Of a stretch of 64,000 nucleotides of DNA, positions 20,047-29,384 are shown piece after piece; the stretch's first letter is position 1; each line of letters starts with the position of its first letter. The stretch is taken from the NCBI GenBank assembly GCA_963677895.2, contig CAXXGJ010000018.1, forward strand, positions 160,001 to 224,000, in the 5' to 3' direction. Origin of the DNA: Treponemataceae bacterium (GTDB taxonomy: Bacteria; Spirochaetota; Spirochaetia; Treponematales; Rectinemataceae). The position numbers were made by a program, and so were the translations under genes. The notes below the pieces were generated by a model. The model worked only from the letters and a program-made list of their open reading frames with translations, did not search any database and was not told the origin of the DNA.

Positions 20047-20957
20047 TCGTATACCTCCCTGCGCTTGCCCACGATGCGGCGGGAGATGATATTGAGGATC
20101 ATCGTGATGACGAAGAGGGTGGCGGCTATGGCGAAAAGGCTCGAATAGTCGATGGTATCGTAGGAGAGATCGCCGCCCGATATCCTGACGATATGGCCCG
20201 TCATGGTTTCAGCCGACTTAAGCGGATTCAAGGTGAGGTTGGGGCCGGCCCCGGCGGCGAGGGCGACGATCATCGTCTCGCCCACTGCCCTCGAGAGGCC
20301 GAGGATAAAGGCCGCCGCGAGGCCCGAGAAGGCGGCGGGGACGACCACCTGGGTCGTCACTTCCAGCTTGGTGGCGCCGGTGGCATAGGCGGCTTCCCTC
20401 ATCGTGCGCGGCACGGCGGAGAGGGCGTCCTCGCACATCGAGGCTATGAGGGGAAGGATGAGGATGCCCATCACAAGTCCCGCCGAAAGCATGTTGTAGA
20501 CCTGCAGACGGTCCTGCCCGATCATGCCGCGCAGGAGGGGCGTCACCGTCGATAGCGCGAAATAGCCGTAGACCACGGTGGGTATGCCGGCGAGCACCTC
20601 GAGGGCCGGTTTCAGGAACTGCCGGACGCCCCAGGGAGCGTATTCCGAAAGATAGACAGCCACCATGAGGCCGAGGGGGAGGGCTACAGCCATGGCGATG
20701 AGACTCGTCACGAGGGTGGCCGACGCCAGGGGGAGGATGCCGAATTTTCCTATGGCGGGCTGCCAGAGGCCGCCCGTGAGGAACTCGACGATGGACACTT
20801 CCTTGAAGAAGGAGAAGGTTTCTTTGCCCAGGATGAGGACGATGCCCGCTGTCGTGAGAATGGAAAAGGCAGCGCAGGAAAAGAGGAAGGCCTTGATGAC
20901 GGCCTCGCCCGGCCTGGGAGGCCGGGCGAGGCCGCGTGCCGGAAAGACTTCAGTCAT
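20043..20957 (-). CDS. pstC: Phosphate ABC transporter permease PstC
   Basis: LAGIPTVVYG and SRAVGETMIV motifs. Confidence 0.93.
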   Translation of the reverse strand: MTEVFPARGLARPPRPGEAVIKAFLFSCAAFSILTTAGIVLILGKETFSFFKEVSIVEFLTGGLWQPAIGKFGILPLASATLVTSLIAMAVALPLGLMVAVYLSEYAPWGVRQFLKPALEVLAGIPTVVYGYFALSTVTPLLRGMIGQDRLQVYNMLSAGLVMGILILPLIASMCEDALSAVPRTMREAAYATGATKLEVTTQVVVPAAFSGLAAAFILGLSRAVGETMIVALAAGAGPNLTLNPLKSAETMTGHIVRISGGDLSYDTIDYSSLFAIAATLFVITMILNIISRRIVGKRREVYE

Positions 20958-21937
20958 CAGTACCGGCCTTTCATGGCCGCCGCGAGTGCGCTCTTGGAGG
21001 CTTTCATGGCCGCGGCGGGGGCGGGGAAGTACCCTACCTTCACGATCAGGTCGTTCACGTAGGTGAGATAGTAGGTGAGATAGGCGGCGACCTGGGGTTT
21101 TTCCTGGATGATCCGCGCGTCTGAGTAGAGGAAGAGAGGGCGGGAGAGGGGATAGGTCCCCGCGTCCACCGTCTCGCCCGAGGGCGCGATCGAATTGACC
21201 GCGAGCGCCTTGAGTTTGCCTCTGTTTTCGACGTAGTAGGCGAATCCGAAGTATCCCACCGCGTACTCGTCACCCGCCACCCCCTGCACGAGGACGTTGT
21301 CGTCTTCGGAGAGCTGGAGGTTCTTGGCGCTGAGAAGTGGTTCCTTCTTGGTCTTGAAAACATGTTCGACGAAGTAGTCGAAGGTGCCCGAATCGGTGCC
21401 GGGCGAGAAACGCTTCACTTCCTTCCTGGGCCAGGTCGAGCGGACGTCGGACCAGTAGGTCGCCGTCGAGAAGAGCTTGCCCAGCTCATCCACCGTGATG
21501 TCCTTCGCGAAGCTATTTTTCGAGCTCACGACGACGGCCAAGGCATCGGTTCCTACGCGGAACTCGATGGGTGTCCTTGGGGTCGCGAGCTTGGCGGCGG
21601 ATTCTTTTTCACTCGATTTTATGGCGCGGGAAGCGTTGGCGATGTCGGTTTCGCCCGCCTTGGCCCAGCGCTCGAAGCCGGCGCCCGATCCTATGGAGTC
21701 GATCGTCACCTGGCCGGCGAAGCCTTCCTTGGCGAAGCGCTCGGCGATGGCTTCCGAAAGCGGGAATACTGTCGATGAACCCGCGGTGATGATCGAGCCC
21801 GTCACTTTCGCCGGATTGACGCCGGGCAGGATGCCGTCCTTGTCGTCGGAGATCGTATCGACCCAGGCGAATTTGGCCTGAGCGAAGGCAAGCGTCGCGA
21901 TAAGAACGAACAACGCAGCTAAAAGCTTTTTCTTCAT
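20957..21937 (-). CDS. pstS: Phosphate ABC transporter substrate-binding protein
   Basis: Signal peptide MKKKLL; GSSTVFP, GSGAG, DSGTFDYF and YPLSRPLF motifs. Confidence 0.93.
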   Translation of the reverse strand: MKKKLLAALFVLIATLAFAQAKFAWVDTISDDKDGILPGVNPAKVTGSIITAGSSTVFPLSEAIAERFAKEGFAGQVTIDSIGSGAGFERWAKAGETDIANASRAIKSSEKESAAKLATPRTPIEFRVGTDALAVVVSSKNSFAKDITVDELGKLFSTATYWSDVRSTWPRKEVKRFSPGTDSGTFDYFVEHVFKTKKEPLLSAKNLQLSEDDNVLVQGVAGDEYAVGYFGFAYYVENRGKLKALAVNSIAPSGETVDAGTYPLSRPLFLYSDARIIQEKPQVAAYLTYYLTYVNDLIVKVGYFPAPAAAMKASKSALAAAMKGRY

Positions 21938-22028
21938 CGGTTCCTCCATAAGCCTTGATGCGCCAGATTCGCGGATGGACTCTTTTGGGCTCCATCCGGT
22001 CTGACAGGCATAAAAATAGAGGAGAATC

Positions 22029-22066
22029 ATGAAGTATTCGGTAGGAGAATGTTAAAAATCCGTTAA
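22029..22066 (-). promoter_or_regulatory. Putative Pho box (11-bp-spaced direct repeats) upstream of pstS
   Basis: Minus strand TTAAC-N6-TTAAC-N6-CTACC-N6-TTCAT, an exact 11-bp period typical of PhoB/PhoP sites. Confidence 0.65.
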
Positions 22067-22350
22067 TTGCGCAGCCCCGGCCAATTCCATATTCGCGGCG
22101 ATCTGCCTTATCTACCTGAAAAATACGGACATAGGCAAGGCACTTTGTCAGGAATGGAGCTTGCCAAGATTGTGAACAAGCTTAATAATCGACCAAGGGA
22201 ATTGTGTGGCTAATTGAATACGCGAGCAGCTTTTTGGTATTTTCTCGAAATTCTGACTAATTCCCGAGGGTTGTCGATGAGTGACAACGAACTATTTGAT
22301 AGCATTTTTTAAATGGTGGTGTGGTGTATGATTGTAAAGGCTGGCGATAT

Positions 22351-23415
22351 ATGACGATAAAAAAAATAGCAGAAAAAGCTAATGTATCAGCGGGAACAGT
22401 TGACCGAGTTATTAACAATAGAGGATACGTCAATTCCCAGAAACGGGCACTGATCGAGAAGATCATCAAAGACACTGGGTATAAGCCAAACCTCCATGCT
22501 CGTAACCTTAAGTTAAACCAAGTGATAACGATCGGATTTCTCACCCCGCTCATTGCTTCTGAAGATGGATATTGGGATATGGTTCATCAAGGAGTCCTTA
22601 AAGCAAAAGAGGATCTAGTTGATGTTTCTTTTATAGTAGAAACCTTTGAATACGATAGGAGAATTCCTTCTTCATTTACTACGGCTGCAGAAGAAATGGT
22701 GAAGTCAGGGGTCAAAGGATGCGTAATTATCCCGAAATGTGTCTCAGAGGCAATTGCATTCGTTAATGCGCATCCTGAGCTGAAAATAGTGCTGGTAGAT
22801 TCAGCATTACCAGATGTTAATTCTGTCATTTGTATGATCGGGCAAAATGCATATTTAGGGGGACTCCTTGCGGGGAGGATTCTCTCTCTTCTCCAACCGA
22901 ATGCAAAAACGCTTTTAACGTTCAGTTTCATGAATTCTACAATTTCTAAAGAACGGATTCGCGGTTTTAAGCAATATTTCTCACTGAACAATTCATGTGA
23001 AATTTTGGATTTGGCTATCGACTCAACGCAGAGTATCCCTGCGGCTATTCAACAAGCTTATCGTGATCATCCTTATATTGATGGGATTTTTAGCCCCTGT
23101 TCTGCCGGGTATCTAGTCGGAACCGAAGTAGTAAACCTTGGTCACAAAGAAAAAACCAAAATTGTCACCTATGACCTGATTCCAAAAAACAAAGTTGCCC
23201 TTCGGAATGGGTATGTCGATTGCATCCTTTCCCAGCGTCCTATTTTTCAAGGATATTCCGGAGTCTTTCAACTGTATCGATATTTAGTTAAGCAACAAGC
23301 AATAGATCAAGAAATGAAAATCCAGGTGGATATAATTTTTCAGGAAAATATTCCGGATGATTTTGATGATAAAGCTATAAGCAAACTCAATTCATATTGT
23401 GTACCCTATAGATAA
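22351..23415 (+). CDS. LacI family transcriptional regulator
   Basis: MTIKKIAEKANVSAGTVDRVINNRG HTH, YKPN, and a sugar-binding-type C-terminal domain. Confidence 0.92.
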   Translation: MTIKKIAEKANVSAGTVDRVINNRGYVNSQKRALIEKIIKDTGYKPNLHARNLKLNQVITIGFLTPLIASEDGYWDMVHQGVLKAKEDLVDVSFIVETFEYDRRIPSSFTTAAEEMVKSGVKGCVIIPKCVSEAIAFVNAHPELKIVLVDSALPDVNSVICMIGQNAYLGGLLAGRILSLLQPNAKTLLTFSFMNSTISKERIRGFKQYFSLNNSCEILDLAIDSTQSIPAAIQQAYRDHPYIDGIFSPCSAGYLVGTEVVNLGHKEKTKIVTYDLIPKNKVALRNGYVDCILSQRPIFQGYSGVFQLYRYLVKQQAIDQEMKIQVDIIFQENIPDDFDDKAISKLNSYCVPYR

Positions 23416-23529
23416 TCAATATTTTGACTGAAGGCACTGCCCATCGATAAATATATAACCTAAATGTAGAATCTTGAACGATAAGCGATAAGCGCTTCGG
23501 GAATTTTTTCAACTGAACAACATTTTTTC

Positions 23530-23580
23530 TTTACAAATCATGAAAATGAGGGAATAATTAGAAATGTGTTAACGAACACA
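23530..23580 (+). promoter_or_regulatory. Putative sigma70 promoter plus palindromic LacI operator of the ulaG-like operon
   Basis: TTTACA-17 bp-AATAAT (23530-23558) followed by TGTGTT-AACG-AACACA (23565-23580). Confidence 0.6.
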
Positions 23581-23614
23581 CATTTGAAGTTGCATAATAA
23601 AGGAGATATTCAGG

Positions 23615-24694
23615 ATGTCTGAGAAGGTAGAGCTTGAACGCTTGGAAAACACAATACCAACAAGTGCCGGGTCAGGTGTTGTCAGGAAGATGACAAGGGA
23701 GATATGGCTTGAGGAGTGTTTCCCGGAGTGGCATCAGATGCTGAACCTACAAATAGAGAAAGCTACATTCCCTGAAGGATCGTTTGGATTGTGGATGTTG
23801 GGTGGGCCTTCTTGGGCGTACAAATCCTCAGGTGGCGCGACATTCTTGATTGATAACTATTCCGGCTCCTCCTTGAACAGTGAATATCACTACTGTGGAG
23901 TATGTAGAACAAGCGGTGCGCCTTTCCTGAGTTGGATTCGGACCAATCCACACGTCATCGATCCATGGAGATTTAAGAATTTGGATATGGTTTTTGCAAC
24001 CCATCATCATCAAGATCATGCTGATTTCTATACCGTAATGGCAACCCTCGACACTACAACCTGCAAATATGTGGGGCCGAAAAACACCTGTACCCTCTTC
24101 AGAAAGTGGGGAGTGCCAGAAAATCGTATTATTGAAGTGAAACCCGGAGATACCTTCATCGTCAAAGATACCAAGGTCATCGTAGAAAAAAACTATGACA
24201 GCATGGCTTGCATGACTGGGGATTATAAACCGGGCCAACCTTGGGATTTTGATGTGAATGCGGTGTCCTTCATATTTGATACCGGTGAAAACTCGGTTTG
24301 CTTTCTCGGCGACACCTTGTTCCATGATGGATATAAGGCTGTCGGAGACCGCAATAAGATTGATATCGCGATTATGGACATGGGCCATAATGCCCCGGGT
24401 GCGACAGACAAGATGAATCCTTGGGACGTCATGAGAGTTGCCCAAAACCTTAACGCGAAAGTAGTTATCCCCGACCATTACGAGAACTGGGCAAGCAGCG
24501 AGATTGATCCTCAGGAATTGGCTAGGATAGTCAATTCTAACGATCCGAAGCTGAAAGTATGCATCATGAAACATGGCGGATGCTATGTGTATCCGCAGGA
24601 TAAAGATATGTCAGAGTATAAGTATCCCGATTGGCGTGAACGTTATTCCTGGGAAAAAAGCTTCGTCTATGGGTACGGAAAACAGGGAAAATGA
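23615..24694 (+). CDS. UlaG-like metallo-beta-lactamase-fold lactonase (L-ascorbate-6-phosphate lactonase family)
   Basis: WLEECFPEW N-terminus, THHHQDH metal motif, GDT, PGATDKM and IPDH motifs. Confidence 0.8.
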   Translation: MSEKVELERLENTIPTSAGSGVVRKMTREIWLEECFPEWHQMLNLQIEKATFPEGSFGLWMLGGPSWAYKSSGGATFLIDNYSGSSLNSEYHYCGVCRTSGAPFLSWIRTNPHVIDPWRFKNLDMVFATHHHQDHADFYTVMATLDTTTCKYVGPKNTCTLFRKWGVPENRIIEVKPGDTFIVKDTKVIVEKNYDSMACMTGDYKPGQPWDFDVNAVSFIFDTGENSVCFLGDTLFHDGYKAVGDRNKIDIAIMDMGHNAPGATDKMNPWDVMRVAQNLNAKVVIPDHYENWASSEIDPQELARIVNSNDPKLKVCIMKHGGCYVYPQDKDMSEYKYPDWRERYSWEKSFVYGYGKQGK

Positions 24695-24734
24695 GTAAAT
24701 TCCGGGAAACCGGAAAAAATAAAAGGAGAGAGGT

Positions 24735-25844
24735 ATGAAAAGAAGACTTTTGAGCATTGCGCTTCTAACGGTTGCTCTTTGTTGCGTATCTGCACAAGGA
24801 AGCAAAAAATCCGCCCTTCCAAAATTTAAGGATCCTTCTATAACCAAACCGACATCTATCAATGCATATCCGGTTGACGGCTTGGCTTGGAGTGTTACTA
24901 CTACCGTCAAAGCCAAAACCAATTATTCCATCGCCATGATAGTAAAGAACAATACTAATCCTTTTATGAATGGCGTATTAGGGGGATTTAAAAAGGCTGG
25001 TACAGATATGGGATTTACCCCATTGCTGCTTTCTCCGGCAACTGCGGATAGTAATGAAGAGCAGTCCAGACTTGTTGACGACATGATTCAAAGAGGCGTG
25101 GACGCCATCTGCATCCATCCGGTTGATTCCAATGGTATTGTGCCGGCGCTAGAAAGAGCGTGGGAGGCAGGCATTCCTGTTCTTGTACAGGGGACCAAAG
25201 CTAATACTAATCAAATTTTTGGTTGGTATGGCACCAAATATTATGATCAGGGAATCATGATTGCTGAATATATTGCTAAGGCGCTCAAATATGCCGGAAA
25301 TGTTATTTATCTTCCTGGTCCGCCTCAAGCACAGAATTCCCAAGATAGGACGAAAGCTATTCATGATGTATTTGCTAAATACCCTAAAATAAAGATCATA
25401 GCTGAGCAGCCTTCGAATTTTCAGCGTGCGGAAGGAATGAATGTCACGGAAAACCTTCTACAGAAATTTCGAGAAGATGAGATCGATTGTATAATTGGTT
25501 CAAACGATGAGGCAGCGATGGGTGCCATTATGGCGCTTCAGGGTGCTGGATATAAAGTCGGCCTGCAGAATGGTGGCATCATGGTTTCCGGATTTGACTG
25601 CAATAAAGATGCTTCGTACGCGATCCAGAAAGGTTTGCTAGATGTTTCCATCAATCCTGATCCGGTTTCCCTCGGATATATTGGGGCAGTATTTTTAGTT
25701 CAGTACTTGAATGATGGCAAACTTTTTCCAAGCAGCTTTGTAGACTGGCCAAACCTGAATCTTGTTTCCGGCGTGATTGTTGATCATACGAACATCGACA
25801 AGTATATCAACACTTTAGCTTGGTGGAAGACTCCAGCAAAATAA
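24735..25844 (+). CDS. Sugar ABC transporter substrate-binding protein (RbsB-like)
   Basis: Signal peptide; NPFM, GVDAICIHPVDS, NDEAAMGA and SGFD motifs. Confidence 0.9.
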   Translation: MKRRLLSIALLTVALCCVSAQGSKKSALPKFKDPSITKPTSINAYPVDGLAWSVTTTVKAKTNYSIAMIVKNNTNPFMNGVLGGFKKAGTDMGFTPLLLSPATADSNEEQSRLVDDMIQRGVDAICIHPVDSNGIVPALERAWEAGIPVLVQGTKANTNQIFGWYGTKYYDQGIMIAEYIAKALKYAGNVIYLPGPPQAQNSQDRTKAIHDVFAKYPKIKIIAEQPSNFQRAEGMNVTENLLQKFREDEIDCIIGSNDEAAMGAIMALQGAGYKVGLQNGGIMVSGFDCNKDASYAIQKGLLDVSINPDPVSLGYIGAVFLVQYLNDGKLFPSSFVDWPNLNLVSGVIVDHTNIDKYINTLAWWKTPAK

Positions 25845-25864
25845 CGTTACGACGCAGAAATAAT

Positions 25865-25910
25865 AGGAACTATCGCATCAATTTTACTCCTTATGCGATA
25901 GTTCCTTTTT
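25865..25910 (+). terminator. Intra-operonic stem-loop (terminator-like or mRNA stabiliser) after the binding-protein gene
   Basis: 14-bp inverted repeat AGGAACTATCGCAT / ATGCGATAGTTCCT followed by Ts. Confidence 0.7.
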
Positions 25911-25925
25911 ATAATCAGTGGAGGA

Positions 25926-27437
25926 ATGATGAATCCCATTGTCAAGCTGGAACAGATTAGCAAAGCTTTCCCGGGAGTCAAGGCTCTATCAGATATCAAT
26001 GTTTCATTTTATCCTGGGGAAATACATGCCCTCGTCGGTGAGAATGGGGCAGGAAAATCCACACTCATAAAGATTATATTAGGTGCATACAATCCTACCG
26101 ATGGAAAGGTGTTTTTTCAGGGAAACGAACAGCGGATCCGAACTCCTAGGAATGCATCAGAATTGGGTATTGAGGGGGTGCATCAGGAGCTGATGTTAAT
26201 ACCTTGGCTAAGCGTTGCCCAGAATATTTTCCTCAATAGGGAAATTCGCAATCCCATCACCAAGCTGTTCGAAAAACGCAAGATGGAAGAAATCAGTACT
26301 AAGCTTTTAGCCGACTTTGGAATCCATATCGATTCATCCAAACCTGTAAAAGCCTACAGCGCCTCTATCTGGAAAATGATCGATATTATTCGGGTAATTA
26401 ACCTAAATCCAAAGGTTATTATTTTCGATGAACCCACGGCTATCCTCACAGAACGTGAGGTGGATGCATTATTTAAAAAAATTCTGGAGCTCAAAAAGAA
26501 AGGCATCGCAATAATCTATATATCTCATCGATTGAAAGAGATCAATCAGATAGCCGATCGCATTACAATTCTACGCGATGGGCATTTGATCAAAACAGCT
26601 GGAATTAATGAATTAACTGAAGATGATATCGTCAAATATATGGTGGGAAGAGATGTGTCTAATTATTATTCCAGGAATATTGCTCCTAAGGGAGAAGAAC
26701 TGGTCCGTTTTGAGAATGCCACATTAAAAAAAGGTCAAATGAATATCTCCCTTGTCGTGCATCGAGGAGAAATCGTTGGACTTGCCGGTTTAGTAGGATC
26801 AGGAAGAACAGAAGTAGGTGAAGCGATATTGGGGATGAATAAAATCATATCCGGAAATTTGTATTATAAAGGGAAAAAGATCATTCCTAAATCTCCGAAA
26901 GAAATGATTGAAAAGGGAATGTTCCTGGTTCCGGAAAATCGAAAGTATGAAGGTTTGATACTTCGTTTTTCCGTAGCGGAAAACTTAGGCTTAAGCGTTT
27001 TTAAAAACTGGTCTAAATTCTTCTATAACAAAAAAAAAGAAGCAGAAGTAGGTAGTAGATTGATCCAAGTTCTTTCCATAAAAACTCCTTCCCAAAGGCA
27101 ACTTATCAGAAACCTGTCTGGAGGTAATCAACAGAAAGTGGTTATTGGTAAAGCTCTGGAGACAGAATCGGAATTTCTAATTTTTGATGAACCTTCTGTA
27201 GGCGTGGATGTCGGGGCCAAAGAGGAAATCCATAATCTCATGGATCGAATCGTGAATAAAGGGGATGGGATATTGATGATTTCCAGTGATTTGCCCGAGG
27301 TGATTGGAATGAGTGATCGGGTGTATATCATGTACGAAGGCAAGATTGTAAAAGAGCTGGCTCGAAGCCAGTTGTCTGATAAAAATATAGCTGACTATAT
27401 GCTGGGTTCAAAGAAGGAGGAAGAATCCAATGCCTGA
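25926..27437 (+). CDS. Sugar ABC transporter ATP-binding protein (RbsA-like, tandem ABC domains)
   Basis: GENGAGKSTL, DEPT, ISHRL, LSGGNQQKV and ISSDLPE motifs. Confidence 0.93.
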   Translation: MMNPIVKLEQISKAFPGVKALSDINVSFYPGEIHALVGENGAGKSTLIKIILGAYNPTDGKVFFQGNEQRIRTPRNASELGIEGVHQELMLIPWLSVAQNIFLNREIRNPITKLFEKRKMEEISTKLLADFGIHIDSSKPVKAYSASIWKMIDIIRVINLNPKVIIFDEPTAILTEREVDALFKKILELKKKGIAIIYISHRLKEINQIADRITILRDGHLIKTAGINELTEDDIVKYMVGRDVSNYYSRNIAPKGEELVRFENATLKKGQMNISLVVHRGEIVGLAGLVGSGRTEVGEAILGMNKIISGNLYYKGKKIIPKSPKEMIEKGMFLVPENRKYEGLILRFSVAENLGLSVFKNWSKFFYNKKKEAEVGSRLIQVLSIKTPSQRQLIRNLSGGNQQKVVIGKALETESEFLIFDEPSVGVDVGAKEEIHNLMDRIVNKGDGILMISSDLPEVIGMSDRVYIMYEGKIVKELARSQLSDKNIADYMLGSKKEEESNA

Positions 27438-28383
27438 TATAGAAATTCATAAAATAAGACGGAATTTGAAAAGTATTCCTCCTGTAATCTGGATGCTCCT
27501 GAGCATAATAATAATCTTCTCAATAACGGGAAAGAATTTTCTTTCCTATCGGAACCTGCTCAATTTATTAAAACAGGCATCTCCATTTCTTATACTCGCA
27601 ATTGGAGAGACCATGGCAATTCTAGTGGGTGGAATAGATTTATCCATCGGTTTTGTCATGTCGTTCTCCAGTGTCATCGTAGCGCTGTCGATGCAAGCCG
27701 GGGTGCCAGTTCTACCAGCTATATTGCTTGGAATATTCACCGGAGGCTTATGTGGATTAGTCAATGGTGTTGTGGTTGCCAAATGGAAAGTCCCTTACTT
27801 CATCGCTACCTACGGTATGGGCAGTATCGTGTTGGGATTTGGTTCATTGTTGACTGGCGGTGTATCTGTTCCTGCGCTAGATCGAGGGTTTCGATTTATT
27901 TCTGACGGGAATGTTCTGAGCATTCCTATGGTTTTAATAATAGCGATTTCAGTATTCTTTTTTGCTAAGCTCCTGATCGGAAAAACCTCCTACGGAATTA
28001 ATATGTATGGTTTAGGCGGAAATCGAGAAGCCCTGTTTCTTTCAGGGGTGAATATTGTTAAAGCAGAAACCTTGGTATTCACTTTTATAGGACTGCTGGC
28101 TGGTCTCTCCGGTGTGATTTTCGCGGCTCGTTCTGCTTCCGGGCATCCTTCCTATGGTGTCGGTTGGGAATTTGATTCTGTTGCTGCGACAATAATTGGA
28201 GGGAACTCCTTTTCTGAGGGCAAAGGAAATATAAATAAAACCGTATTGGGAGTGTTTTTTATTCAAATCTTAAAAAATGGTCTTAACATTTCCGGTGTCT
28301 CCCCGCAAATTCAATCATTTTTGGTCGGATCTGTTGTAGTTATCGCAATCTCTGCGGACGTCATGATTAAAAACCGGGAATGA
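27430..28383 (+). CDS. Sugar ABC transporter permease (RbsC-like)
   Basis: GGIDLSIG, GGNREALFLSG and IIGGNSFSEGKG motifs. Confidence 0.9.
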   Translation: MPDIEIHKIRRNLKSIPPVIWMLLSIIIIFSITGKNFLSYRNLLNLLKQASPFLILAIGETMAILVGGIDLSIGFVMSFSSVIVALSMQAGVPVLPAILLGIFTGGLCGLVNGVVVAKWKVPYFIATYGMGSIVLGFGSLLTGGVSVPALDRGFRFISDGNVLSIPMVLIIAISVFFFAKLLIGKTSYGINMYGLGGNREALFLSGVNIVKAETLVFTFIGLLAGLSGVIFAARSASGHPSYGVGWEFDSVAATIIGGNSFSEGKGNINKTVLGVFFIQILKNGLNISGVSPQIQSFLVGSVVVIAISADVMIKNRE

Positions 28384-28397
28384 AGAGGGGTAAGAAT

Positions 28398-29372
28398 ATG
28401 AAACGAAAAACAATATACCAATATTTTTTCGAGAATGGATTTTATAGAATCAGCATCCTTCTCCTCATGTGTTTTATTTTGGCGATACTGAATAAAAATT
28501 TTTTTACAGTTTCCAATCTTATGAATATTGCTAGGCAAGCTTCAATCTTGGCGATATTAGCTATCGGTGCTACTGGTACGATACTGACAAAAGGGATTGA
28601 TCTATCCCTTGCCGGCGTAATGTCACTTTCCGGTTGTATATGCGGCTTTTTCCTTACTAAGGGATACCCAGTGCCTTTAGCTATTTCGTTAGCAATTCTT
28701 GTAGGTGCTTTTTTTGGTTTCATCAATGGATTTCTCGTTGCCATCATTAAAATTCCAGCGTTTGTCTCTACATATGGAGTCCGTTATATTGCAAATGGTT
28801 TCGCGCTTATATTAATGGGATCAAATATTTTTTTTGGATTTCCCGAGTCATTTCAATTTCTTGGAGTCGGATTTATCGGAGTTGTTCCTGCTTTAGTTGC
28901 ATGGGCTCTTCTCGTAGCCGTAGTTCTATATGTGGTTTTACAGAAGAGCAAATTTGGGAAACAAGTTTATAGTATCGGTGCTAACGCAAAGACCGCCTAC
29001 TATTCAGGGATCCCGACTATAAGCACTTATTTCACCGTATACATAGTCAGCTCGATTTGTGCAGCAGTCGCAGGCATTCTCCAAGCATCACGAATGAATG
29101 CTGCCCAGGCCGGGATGGGAGATACATTCCAGATGCTTGCAGTCGCATCCATTGTAATGGGTGGCACATCAATGGCTGGAGGGGAGGGGAATGTCGCTGG
29201 GGGCTTGCTCGGAGCAGTAATACTTACACTTATCGTTAATGGCATGAATCTACTGAATGTACCGGCTTTAGCACAACCTTTAGTCACCGGTATTGTCATC
29301 ATCTCGACGGTACTCTTGGATGTACAGATCAAACGTATCGAATCAGACCGTCCCGTGTTAATAATCGCTTGA
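28398..29372 (+). CDS. Sugar ABC transporter permease (RbsC-like)
   Basis: KGIDLS, IGANAKTAYYSG and MGGTSMAGGEG motifs; alternative start at 28380. Confidence 0.9.
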   Translation: MKRKTIYQYFFENGFYRISILLLMCFILAILNKNFFTVSNLMNIARQASILAILAIGATGTILTKGIDLSLAGVMSLSGCICGFFLTKGYPVPLAISLAILVGAFFGFINGFLVAIIKIPAFVSTYGVRYIANGFALILMGSNIFFGFPESFQFLGVGFIGVVPALVAWALLVAVVLYVVLQKSKFGKQVYSIGANAKTAYYSGIPTISTYFTVYIVSSICAAVAGILQASRMNAAQAGMGDTFQMLAVASIVMGGTSMAGGEGNVAGGLLGAVILTLIVNGMNLLNVPALAQPLVTGIVIISTVLLDVQIKRIESDRPVLIIA

Positions 29373-29384
29373 AGGAGCATTCTG

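Noticed and set aside
22030..22350. Possible att duplication of the tRNA-Ala 3' end at the island's left border
   Set aside because: No copy of TGGAGGTGAGGGG found by eye, and no integrase.
27030..27038. A9 homopolymer as a phase-variation tract
   Set aside because: In frame (Lys codons) within an AT-rich gene; expected by chance.
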